From: Heptranchias perlo
Taxonomy: Eukaryota
Length of the DNA: 64,000 nt
Reading direction: 5' to 3'
NCBI RefSeq assembly: GCF_035084215.1
Contig: NW_027139272.1
Coordinates: forward strand, 62,001 to 126,000
Below are positions 38,801 to 51,359 of the stretch, piece by piece. The number at the start of each line of letters is the position of its first letter. The stretch's first letter is position 1. The notes beneath the pieces are model-generated. The model was given only the letters and a program-made list of their open reading frames with translations. It was not told where the DNA came from and ran no database searches. The position numbers were made by a program, and so were the translations under genes.

Positions 38801-41800
38801 AATCCCCTCTCTCGGTGAACACCGATAGATTTACCCTAATCCCCTCTCTCGGTGAACACCGATAGATTTACCCTAATCCCCTCTCTCGGTGAACACCGAT
38901 AGAGTTACCCTAATCCCCTCTCTCGGTGAACACCGATAGATTTACCCTAATCCCCTCTCTCGGTAAACACCGATAGATTTAACCTAATCCCCTCTATCGG
39001 TGAACACCGATAGATTTACCCTAATCCCCTCTCTCAGTGAACACCGATAGATTTACCCCAATCCCCTCTCTCGGTGAACACCGATAGATTTACCCTAATC
39101 CCCTCTCTCGGTAAACACTGATAGTTTTACCCTAATCCCCTCTCTCGGTAAACACTGATAGATTTACCCTAATCCCCTCTCTCGGTGAACACCGGTAGAT
39201 TTACCCCAATCCCCTCTCTCGGTAAACACTGATAGATTTACCCCATTCCCCTCTCTCGGTAAACATTGATAGATTTACCCTAATCCCCTCTCTCGGTAAA
39301 CACCGATAGATTGACCCAAATCCCCTCTCTCCTGGTAAACACCGATAGATTTACCCCAATCCCCTCTCTCCTGGTAAACACTGATAGATTTACCCCAATC
39401 CCCTCTCTCGGTAAACACCGATAGATTTAACCGAATCCCCTCTCTCGGTAAACACCGATAGATTTACCCTAATACCCTCTCTCGTGGTAAACACCGATAG
39501 ATTTACCCCAATCCCCTCTCTCGGTAAACACCGATAGATTTACCCCAATCCCCTCTCTCGGTAAACACCGATAGATTTACCCTAATCCCCTCTCTCCTGG
39601 TGAACACCGATAGATTTACCCTAATCCCCTCTCTCGGTGAACACCGATAGATTTACCGTAATCCCCTCTCTCGGTAAACACCAACAGATTTACCCTAATC
39701 CCCTCTCTCGGTGAACACCGATAGATTTACCCTAATCCCCTCTCTCCTGGTAAACACCGATAGATTTACCCTAATCCCCTCTCTCGGTAAACACCGATAG
39801 ATTTACCCTAATCCCCTCTCCTGGTAAACACCGATAGATTTACCCTAATCCCCTCTCTCGGTAAACATCGATAGATTTACCCTAATCCCCTCTCCTGGTA
39901 AACACCGATAGATTTACCCTAATCCCCTCTCTCGGTAAACACCGATAGATTTACCCTAATCCCCTCTCTCGGTAAACACCGATAGATTTACCCCAATCCC
40001 CTCTCTCGGTAAACACCGATAGATTTACCCTAATCACCTCTCTCGGTAAACACCGATAGATTTACCCCAATCCCTTCTCTCGGTGAACACCGATAGATTT
40101 ACCCGAATCCCCTCTCTCGGTAAACACCGATAGATTCTAATCCCCTCTCTCGGTAAACACCGATAGATTTACCCTAATCCCCTCTCTCAGTAAACACCGA
40201 TAGATTTACCCTAATCCCCTCTCTCGGTAAACACCGATAGATTTACCCTAACCCCCTCTCTCGGTGAACACTGATAGATTTACCCTAATCCCCTCTCTCC
40301 TGGTAAACACCGATAGATTTACCCCAATCCCCTCTCTCGGTAAACACCGATAGATTTACCCTAATCCCCTCTCTCCTGGTAAACACCGATAGATTTACCC
40401 TAATCCCCTCTCTCGGTAAACACCGATAGATTTACCCTAATCCCCTCTCTCGGTAAACACCGATAGATTCTAATCCCCTCTCTCGGTAAACACCGATAGA
40501 TTTACCCCAATCCCCTCTCTCGGTAAACACCGATAGATTTACCCTAATCCCCTCTCTCCTGATAAACACCGATAGATTTACCCTAATCCCCTCTCTCGGT
40601 AAACACCGATAGATTTACCCTAATCCCCTCTCTCGGTAAACACCGATAGATTTACCCTAATCCCCTCTCTCGGTAAACACCGATAGATTCTAATCCCCTC
40701 TCTCGGTAAACACCGATAGATTTACCCCAATCCCCTCTCTCGGTAAACACCGATAGATTTACCCTAATCCCCTCTCTCCTGGTGAACACCGATAGATTTA
40801 CCCTAATCCCCTCTCTCGGTAAACAGCGATAGATTTACCCTAATCCCCTCTCTCGGTGAACTCCGATAGATTTACCCTAATCCCCTCTCTCGGTGAACAC
40901 CGATAGATTTACCCTAATCCCCTCTCTCAGTAAACACCGATTGATTTACCCTAATCCCCTCTCTCCTGGTGAACACCGATAGATTTACCCCAATCCCCTC
41001 TCTCCTGGTGAACACCGATAGATTTACCCTAATCCCCTCTCCTGGTAAACACCGATAGATTTACCCATTCCACTCTCTCGGTGAACACCATTAGATTTAC
41101 CCTAATCCCCTCTCTCGGTAAACACCAATAGATTTACCCTAATCCCCTCTCTCGCTGAACACCGATAGATTTACCCTAATCCCCTCTCTCGGTGAACACC
41201 GATAGATTTACCCTAATCCCCTCTCCTGGTAAACACCGATAGATTTACCCCAATCCCCTCTCTCGGTAAACACCGATAGATTTACCCCAATCCCCTCTCT
41301 CGGTAAACACCGATAGATTTAACCGAATCCCCTCTCTCGGTAAACACCGATAGATTTACCCTAATCCCCTCTCTCCTGGTAAACACCGATAGATTTACCC
41401 CAATCCCCTCTCTCGGTAAACACCGATAGATTTACCCCAATCCCCTCTCTCGGTAAACACCGATAGATTTACCCTAATCCCCTCTCTCCTGGTGAACACC
41501 GATAGATTTACCCTAATCCCCTCTCTCGGTGAACACCGATAGATTTACCGTAATCCCCTCTCTCGGTAAACACCGACAGATTTACCCTAATCCCCTCTCT
41601 CGGTGAACACCGATAGATTTACCCTAATCCCCTCTCTCCTGGTAAACACCGATAGATTTACCCTAATCCCCTCTCTCGGTAAACACCGATAGATTTACCT
41701 TAATCCCCTCTCCTGGTAAACACCGATAGATTTACCCTAATCCCCTCTCTCGGTAAACATCGATAGATTTACCCTAATCCCCTCTCCTGGTAAACACCGA

Positions 41801-44800
41801 TAGATTTACCCTAATCCCCTCTCTCGGTAAACACCGATAGATTTACCCTAATCCCCTCTCTCGGTAAACACCGATAGATTTACCCCAATCCCCTCTCTCG
41901 GTAAACACCGATAGATTTACCCTAATCACCTCTCTCGGTAAACACCGATAGATTTACCCCAATCCCTTCTCTCGGTGAACACCGATAGATTTACCCGAAT
42001 CCCCTCTCTCGGTAAACACCGATAGATTCTAATCCCCTCTCTCGGTAAACACCGATAGATTTACCCCAAACCCCTCTCTCGGTAAACACCGATAGATTTA
42101 CCCTAATCCCCTCTCTCGGTAAACACCGATAGATTTACCCTAACCCCTCTCTCGGTGAACACTGATAGATTTACCCGAATCCCCTCTCTCGGTAAACACC
42201 GATAGATTTACCCTAATCCCCTCTCTCGGTAAACACCGATAGATTTACCCTAATCCCCTCTCTCCTGGTAAACACCGATAGATTTACCCCAATCCCCTCT
42301 CTCGGTAAACACCGATAGATTTACCCTAATCCCCTCTCTCCTGGTAAACACCGATAGATTTACCCTAATCCCCTCTCTCGGTAAACACCGATAGATTTAC
42401 CCTAATCCCCTCTCTCGGTGAACACCGATAGATTTACCCTAATCCCCTCTCTCGGTAAACACCGATAGATTCTAATCCCCTCTCTCGGTAAACACCGATA
42501 GATTTACCCTGATCCCCTCTCTCGGCAAACACCGATAGATTCTAATCCCCTCTCTCGGTAAACACCGATAGATTTACCCCAATCCCCTCTCTCGGTAAAC
42601 ACCGATAGATTTACCCTAATCCCCTCTCTCCTGATAAACACCGATAGATTTACCCTAATCCCCTCTCTCGGTAAACACCGATAGATTTACACTAATTCCC
42701 TCTCTCCTGGTGAACACCGATAGATTTACCCTAATCCCCTCTCTCGGTAAACAGCGATAGATTTACCCTAATCCCCTCTCTCGGTGAACTCCGATAGATT
42801 TACCCTAATCCCCTCTCTCGGTGAACACCGATAGATTTACCCTAATCCCCTCTCTCAGTAAACACCGATTGATTTACCCTAATCCCCTCTCTCCTGGTGA
42901 ACACCGATAGATTTACCCCAATCCCCTCTCTCCTGGTGAACACCGATAGATTTACCCTAATCCCCTCTCCTGGTAAACACCGATAGATTTACCCATTCCA
43001 CTCTCTCGGTGAACACCATTAGATTTACCCTAATCCCCTCTCTCGGTAAACACCAATAGATTTACCCTAATCCCCTCTCTCGCTGAACACCGATAGATTT
43101 ACCCTCATCCCCTCTCTCGGTGAACACCGATAGATTTACCCTAATCCCCTCTCCTGGTAAACACCGATAGATTTACCCTAATCCACTCTCTCGGTAAACA
43201 CCAATAGATTTACCCTAATCCCCTCTCCTGGTAAACACCGATAGATTTACCCTAATCCACTCTCTCGGTAAACACCATTAGATTTACCCTAATCCCCTCT
43301 CTCGGTAAACACCAATAGATTTACCCTAATCCCCTCTCTCGCTGAACACCGATAGATTTACCCTAATTCCCTCTCTCGGTGAACACCGATAGATTTACCC
43401 TAATCCTCTCTCTCCTGTTAAACACCGATAGATTTACCCTAATCCCCTCTCTCGCTGAACACCGATAGATTTACCCTAATCCCCTCTCTCGGTGAACACC
43501 GATAGATTTACCCTAATCCCCTCTCTCGGTGAACACCGATAGATTTACCCTAATCCCCTCTCTCGGTGAACACCGATAGATTTACACTAATCCCCTCTCT
43601 CCTGGTAAACACCGATAGATTTACCCTAATCCCCTCTCTCGGTGAACACCGATAGATTGACCCTAATCCCCTCTCTCGGTGAACACCGATAGATTTACCC
43701 TAATCCCCTCTCTCGGTGAACACCGATAGATTTACCCTAATCCCCTCTCTCGGTGAACAACGATAGATTTACCCTAATCCCCTCTCTCGGTGAACACCGA
43801 TAGAGTTACCCTAATCCCCTCTCTCGGTGAACACCGATAGATTGACCCTAATCCCCTCTCTCGGTGAACACCGATAGATTTACCCTAATCCCCTCTCTCG
43901 GTGAACACCGATAGATTTACCCTAATCCCCTCTCTCGGTGAACACCGATAGATTTACCCTAATCCCCTCTCTCGGTGAACACCGATAGAGTTACCCTAAT
44001 CCCCTCTCTCGGTGAACACCGATAGATTTACCCTAATCCCCTCTCTCGGTAAACACCGATAGATTTAACCTAATCCCCTCTCTCGGTGAACACCGATAGA
44101 TTTACCCTAATCCCCTCTCTCAGTGAACACCGATAGATTTACCCCAATCCCCTCTCTCGGTGAACACCGATAGATTTACCCTAATCCCCTCTCTCGGTAA
44201 ACACTGATAGTTTTACCCTAATCCCCTCTCTCGGTAAACACTGATAGATTTACCCTAATCCCCTCTCTCGGTGAACACCGGTAGATTTACCCCAATCCCC
44301 TCTCTCGGTAAACACTGATAGATTTACCCCATTCCCCTCTCTCGGTAAACATTGATAGATTTACCCTAATCCCCTCTCTCGGTAAACACCGATAGATTGA
44401 CCCAAATCCCCTCTCTCCTGGTAAACACCGATAGATTTACCCCAATCCCCTCTCTCCTGGTAAACACCGATAGATTTACCCTAATCCCCTCTCTCGGTAA
44501 ACACCGATAGATTTAACCGAATCCCCTCTCTCGGTAAACACCGATAGATTTACCCTAATCCCCTCTCTCCTGGTAAACACCGATAGATTTACCCAAATCC
44601 CCTCTCTCGGTAAACACCGATAGATTTACCCCAATCCCCTCTCTCGGTAAACACCGATAGATTTACCCTAATCCCCTCTCTCCTGGTGAACACCGATAGA
44701 TTTACCCTAATCCCCTCTCTCGGTGAACACCGATAGATTTACCGTAATCCCCTCTCTCGGTAAACACCGACAGATTTACCCTAATCCCCTCTCTCGGTGA

Positions 44801-46894
44801 ACACCGATAGATTTACCCTAATCCCCTCTCTCCTGGTAAACACCGATAGATTTACCCTAATCCCCTCTCTCGGTAAACACCGATAGATTTACCCTAATCC
44901 CCTCTCCTGGTAAACACCGATAGATTAACACTAATCCCCTCTCTCGGTAAACATCGATAGATTTACCCTAATCCCCTCTCCTGGTAAACACCGATAGATT
45001 TACCCTAATCCCCTCTCTCGGTAAACACCGATAGATTTACCCTAATCCCCTCTCTCGGTAAACACCGATAGATTTACCCCAATCCCCTCTCTCGGTAAAC
45101 ACCGATAGATTTACCCTAATCACCTCTCTCGGTAAACACCGATAGATTTACCCCAATCCCTTCTCTCGGTGAACACCGATAGATTTACCCCAATCCCCTC
45201 TCTCGGTAAACACCGATAGATTCTAATCCCCTCTCTCGGTAAACACCGATAGATTTACCCTAATCCCCTCTCTCAGTAAACACCGATAGATTTACCCTAA
45301 TCCCCTCTCTCGGTAAACACCGATAGATTTACCCTAATCCCCTCTCTCGGTAAACACCGATAGATTTACCCTAATCCCCTCTCTCGGTAAACACCGATAG
45401 ATTTACCCTAATCCCCTCTCTCCTGATAAACACCGATAGATTTACCCTAATCCCCTCTCTCGGTAAACACCGATAGATTTACCCTAATCCCCTCTCTCGG
45501 TAAACACCGATAGATTTACCCCAATCCCCTCTCTCGGTGAACACCGATAGATTTACCCTAATCCCCTCTCTCGGTAAACACCGATAGATTTACCCTAATC
45601 CCCTCTCTCAGTAAACACCGATAGATTTACCCTAATCCCCTCTCTCGGTCAACACCGATAGATTTACCCCAATCCCCTCTCTCGGTAAACACCGATAGAT
45701 TTACCCTAATCCCCTCTCTCCTGATAAACACCGATAGATTTACCCTAATCCCCTCTCTCGGTAAACACCGATAGATTCTAATCCCCTCTCTCGGTAAACA
45801 CCGATAGATTTACACTAATCCCCTCTCCTGGTGAACACCGATAGATTTACCCTAATCCCCTCTCTCGGTAAACAGCGATAGATTTACCCTAATCCCCTCT
45901 CTCGGTGAACTCCGATAGATTTACCCTAATCCCCTCTCTCGGTGAACACCGATAGATTTACCCTAATCCCCTCTCTCAGTAAACACCGATTGATTTACCC
46001 TAATCCCCTCTCTCCTGGTGAACACCGATAGATTTACCCCAATCCCCTCTCTCCTGGTGAACACCGATAGATTTACCCTAATCCCCTCTCCTGGTAAACA
46101 CCGATAGATTTACCCATTCCACTCTCTCGGTGAACACCATTAGATTTACCCTAATCCCCTCTCTCGGTAAACACCAATAGATTTACCCTCATCCCCTCTC
46201 TCGCTGAACACCGATAGATTTACCCTAATCCCCTCTCTCGGTGAACACCGATAGATTTACCCTAATCCCCTCTCCTGGTAAACACCGATAGATTTACCCT
46301 AATCCACTCTCTCGGTAAACACCAATAGATTTACCCTAATCCCCTCTCTCGCTGAACACCGATAGATTTACCCTAATCCCCTCTCTCGGTGAACACCGAT
46401 AGATTTACCCTAATCCTCTCTCTCCTGTTAAACACCGATAGATTTACCCTAATCCCCTCTCTCGCTGAACACCGATAGATTTACCCGAATCCCCTCTCTC
46501 GGTGAACACCGATAGATTTACCCTAATCCCCTCTCTCGGTGAACACCGATAGATTTACCCTAATCCCCTCTCTCGGTGAACACCGATAGATTTACACTAA
46601 TCCCCTCTCTCCTGGTAAACACCGATAGATTTACCCTAATCCCCTCTCTCGGTGAACACCGATAGATTGACCCTAATCCCCTCTCTCGGTGAACACCGAT
46701 AGATTTACCCTAATCCCCTCTCTCGGTGAACACCGATAGATTTACCCTAATCCCCTCTCTCGGTGAACACCGATAGATTTACCCCAATCCCCTCTCTCCG
46801 TGTACACCGATAGATTTACCCTAATCCCCTCTCTCGGTGAACACCGATAGATTTACCCTAATCCCCTCTCTCGGTGAACACCGATAGATTTACC
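29816..46894. repeat. ~17 kb, 37-bp satellite array (~460 units)
   Basis: Main unit GGTAAACACCGATAGATTTACCCTAATCCCCTCTCTC; the first ~8 units (to ~30140) are the variant GGTAAACACCGATAGATATACCGCAATACACTCTCCC. Confidence 0.98.
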
Positions 46895-47175
46895 ATGTGA
46901 GGTTTGATGTTATCTCTGTTGTCTGTAGCTGTTCTGATGACACAGTGAGTTTATGAAATAGGTGGTTGAGCCCCAGAGGAAGATTGCAGGTTCCATCCTT
47001 GGTCTGTTTTAATCAGCTGGTCATCCCCATACCTATTACTGAGGAGTCAGGGCCGTCTGGGGCAGCTCCATTAGCAATGGGAAGGACTGCGAGCAGTCTC
47101 TGGATTTCTCCCTACGCCCTGCAATATGGTATTCACTTCATGAACCTCAGACAGTTGAAAGGCTGAGTGGACGTT

Positions 47176-47240
47176 GTTGGGATTCAAACCTGGGACCCTT
47201 AACCCCTTCGTCCAGCTCTCGACCAGCTGAGCTACCCAAC
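47176..47240 (-). mobile_element. tRNA-derived SINE head / pseudo-tRNA
   Basis: A-box TAGCTCAGCTGG and B-box GGTTTGAATCC; no intact cloverleaf. Confidence 0.45.
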
Positions 47241-47657
47241 GCTCTGAAGGAACGTAGACCTGTTGAGCTGAGATTATCGGGGCCCTGGGCCACTGGCAGA
47301 GCCTTGCACACAGCGTGTGGATCATCGGAGGTGTCCACAATTCTTGGTCCATTGCCATTAACGAATGGAAAATCACGGGCAGTGGGCCGACTATTTACTG
47401 ATAAACTGCCCTCTGGGGGTGAGGTCCCATCGCTGGAGCAGGGACTCCGAAAATACCACCGCCCCCACCCCCCTTCAATGCCGCAACCAACTGGAGAGAC
47501 ATGCACAAGGATCAAACTTCGATAAACTCTGCACACGGAGACTCATTTGTATTTTTATTATAAAGCCGGACATGATCTCCTTTAAGGATGAAGTGAAATC
47601 ATTCATTCAATGTGTATCTAATACGTGAGGTCATTACAGTGAACAGAAAAACAAGTC

Positions 47658-48726
47658 TCCCACTCTGACCCGACTGAGCCCCACTCCCCACTCTGACCCG
47701 ACTGAGTCCCACTCCCCACTCTGACCCGACTGAGCCCCACTCCCCACTCAGACCCGACTGAGCCCCACTCCCCACTCTGACCCGACTGAGTCCCACTCTC
47801 CACTCTGACCCGACTGAGTCCCACTCCCCACTCTGACCCGACTGAGTCCCACTCCCCACTCTGACCCGACTGAGCCCCACTCTCCACTCTGACCCGACTG
47901 AGTCCCACTCCCCACTCTGACCCGACTGAGTCCCACTCCCCACTCTGACCCGACTGAGCCCCACTCCCCACTCTGACCCGACTGAGCCCCACTCCCCACT
48001 CTGACCCGACTGAGCCCCACTCCCCACTCTGACCCGACAGAGCCCCACTCCCCACTCTGACCCGACTGAGACCCACTCCCCACTCTGACCCGACTGAGAC
48101 CCACTCCCCACTCTGACCCGACTGAGTCCCACTCCCCACTCTGACCCGACTGAATCCCACTCCCCACTCTGACCCGACTGAATCCCACTCCCCACTCTGA
48201 CCCGACTGAGTCCCACTCCCCACTCTGACCCGACTGAGTCCCACTCCCCACTCAGACCCGACTGAATCCCACTCCCCACTCTGACCCGACTGAGCCCCAC
48301 TCCCCACTCTGACCCGACTGAATCCCACTCCCCACTCTGACCCGACTGAGCCCCACTCCCCACTCTGACCCGACTGAATCCCACTCCCCACTCTGACCCG
48401 ACTGAGGCCCACTCCCCACTCTGACCCGACTGAGCCCCACTCCCCACTCTGACCCGACTGAATCCCACTCCCCACTCTAACCCGACTGAGGCCCACTCCC
48501 CACTCTGACCCGACTGAGGCCCACTCCCCACTCTGACCCGACTGAGCCCCACTCCCCACTCTGACCCGACTGAATCCCACTCCCCACTCTAACCCGACTG
48601 AGGCCCACTCCCCACTCTGACCCGACTGAATCCCACTCCCCATTCAGACCCGACTGAATCCCACTCCCCACTCAGACCCGACTGAATCCCACTCCCCACT
48701 CTAACCCGACTGAGGCCCACTCCCCA
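47658..48726. repeat. 28-bp C-rich minisatellite
   Basis: Unit CTCTGACCCGACTGAGCCCCACTCCCCA, ~38 copies. Confidence 0.95.
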
Positions 48727-49519
48727 ATTAATTCCTATCCCCTATGGACCCACAAATAACAAGAATTGCTTGAGACGGCCCTAAACTCTCCTCACATGAA
48801 ACCTTTATCGACCTTTCATCTGGGTTGTATTTGAACTCAGGTGAAAGACAGATTTTCTTATAAACCTCCCCAGTTTAGTAATAGAAGAATCTTTCTGTAA
48901 CTTTACGCACAGAGGAAAATATTCCCCAATTGATGTGATTTTCTTTATGGATCCTCTATCTCCTGTGGCATTTCTAGCCTGGGCCAAGTTAGCTGACCTG
49001 AGCACCAATCATTCTCGGCTCTCCCTGGGCTGGGGGTGAGTCAGACTCTGAGCTACGGTTCCTGGTCCTGATCCCTCGCCCGTGTGGGAATCCGGTGGGG
49101 CCCAGGTCAGGCTGAGCTGTGATGCCTTCCACAGTCGAATAATAGCTTGCCAGCTGTCCCCGTGCAGGTTGATATCTGAAGGTCGGCCATGTGGGTAAGA
49201 TTCTGAAGGTACTAGGGCTCCATTGGAATCAGATCAGAGCAAGGTATCAATACCCCTGTATCAAGAGAAGGGGAAATGTTGATAAAGGTGAACGATTCCC
49301 CTGCGGGATTGTGGAGGGGGCGAGTCAGAGGATATACTGTTTCGTAAAGAGGGGTGTTATCGGCAAGATATGAGGGGGGAACGTGTCCCCAGAAGGAATT
49401 GTGTACTGTATGCAAAGCCGATAACACCTTCTCGATATATCACCTTGGATTTCAGTATTTTCATGTTCCAGTTATAATTGTCGAATGTTTATAACGTTCT
49501 CCCTGTCTATTATTAAAAG

Positions 49520-50057
49520 TGCTGGCTCTGATCACTCTCGATCCCAGAACCGGGCAGTCCAGGCTTGTAGTACCTGAGGACCTGACCATGGTGGACGCCA
49601 ATGATCTGAGCCAATAACCTAAACAACGTCTGCCAGGGGTATGAGCAGTGCACCTGCGTTCTGAGCAGCCAGGGATTCACCTCAGGGAATCACTACTGGG
49701 AGATGGAGGCGGCCAACAAGACCGACTGGGACTTGGGACTGGCCCAGGAGACGGCCAACAGGAAGGGGCAGATCACGCTGACCCTCGATGGGTAGTGGAC
49801 CATCTGTCAGAGGTACGAGCACATCGAAGGGGCTCTGACCTCACCCTCCACTGTCCTCAAACTAACAACCAAGCCCAGGAAGATCAGGATCTATGAGGGA
49901 GGACAGGTGTCCTTTTACAATGCTGATGACATGTTCCATCTCTGCACTTTTTCACTCACATGTTCAAAGACAAACTGTTCCCTTTCTTTAATCCTTGGTT
50001 GAACAAAAGTAGGAGAAACACGGAACCTCTTTTAAACGGCGTCATTTGAAACTGTAA
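49520..50057 (+). pseudogene. TRIM paralog pseudogene, B30.2/PRY-SPRY exon
   Basis: AAAAG|TG acceptor in the same phase as 19944; ITLDPRTG, CVLSSQGFTSGNHYWEME, TDWDLGLAQETANRKG and [14 protein letters not shown]; stops at 49615 and 49793, frameshifts, loss of LDY; ends AAACTGTAA like the intact gene. Confidence 0.9.
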
Positions 50058-51359
50058 TGAGTTAACGGGGCCGAATTCTCCTGGAGAGGTAACGGGGGGC
50101 TCACGACACACGTCGTTATTAATGCACAAATCGGCCAGCAAGGTCAGGGGATTAAGAGACACACCGTGAGATGCAAATCTCCGGAATTTGCTGGTCGATT
50201 TACGCCGTTCCGCCATTTGCTTCTCACGACCTCAACCTCCGTTATTTTTAAGAACTTGCTGGATTTGCACATTAATCGCCCGTTAAACTCGCCTCAAAGT
50301 CAGGGCTGGAACTTAACATCGTAAATACCCTCTTAACAATATGAGAATTGTTAATGCCAATCAATCTCTCCTGCCCAGAAAGGGGACGATTTAAACTGGT
50401 GAATCTCACCCGGCAGGTAGTAAATTCTTCTTCGAGATTTTTAAAATTTAAAATTTAACTTCTTTTTCCTTACTTTTCCTTTCTGTCTCTTTTTAATCCA
50501 ATCTTTTCTTCCCTCTTTATTTCTCTTTCAGTACCTGATTTGACACTAATTCACTCTGTCGTTCCTCTGATTCTTTCTCAATCCTTAAATCTCAATGGTT
50601 AAGGAGATGGACTTTTGGTCTCGACGGTCACTGAGGTCCCAGATTCCCCATTGCCCTCTCCGTGCCCGTTATCAGCTCGCACTTCCAGAAAGTTGACTGT
50701 ACACGAGGTGATATCCAGTATGGGGTTATCGTTAAGCCTTTTCACACTAGGCCTCTGTAACCATCTCCCATCACCATAAGCATCAGTAATAAGGTGCCCA
50801 CTTAAACTGTATTAAGTAGGCCGACTATTTCGGGCAGTTCAAACAGCTGTTCGCACATCTGTAAAGGGCGATCACCTGTCATTATGTCCTTCCAGGCAGC
50901 CCCCTGCTGCCATCTGTCACCCCCCCATCCCGCCCCCCTCCATGGCCGCTACAACTCCTGCGATTACTTCTCACAAATATTGACCTGCTGTGGTGGTGGA
51001 GTGGGCCGGAGGTGAAACTGGCCAGGACCGCTGCGTGTTTCAGCCCGAACTCCAGAACCTCTTTAGCAGAACGCTCCCCGTGTCCCCACTCGGAGCAGTA
51101 GATACGCAGAGTAAACTCTCATCACGAGTAATGAATCTTACATTAATCGGCTACTTTAGAAACTTCACCAGGAAACCCACCCCGGCTGCAATGGCGAGAG
51201 TAGAGTAAAGGGTCACACTCACAGCATGGCAACGGCCAATCACAAACCAACAATTGATGCTGTCGCCAGTGTTTAAATCTAAACTTGAGTGAAGTGAGTT
51301 TACAAAATATATCTCGAAAATACCAACAGGTTTCAAGAGGCCTGACCCTGATCAGTGTG

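Noticed and set aside
29816-46894. CRISPR-like array (37-bp, partly palindromic repeat)
   Set aside because: Units are contiguous with no unique spacers, there are no cas genes, and the context is eukaryotic
30150-46894. Interstitial telomere
   Set aside because: Only one CCCTAA per 37-bp unit, with no (TTAGGG)n runs
47176-47240. Functional tRNA gene
   Set aside because: About 65 nt with no proper anticodon arm; more likely a SINE head
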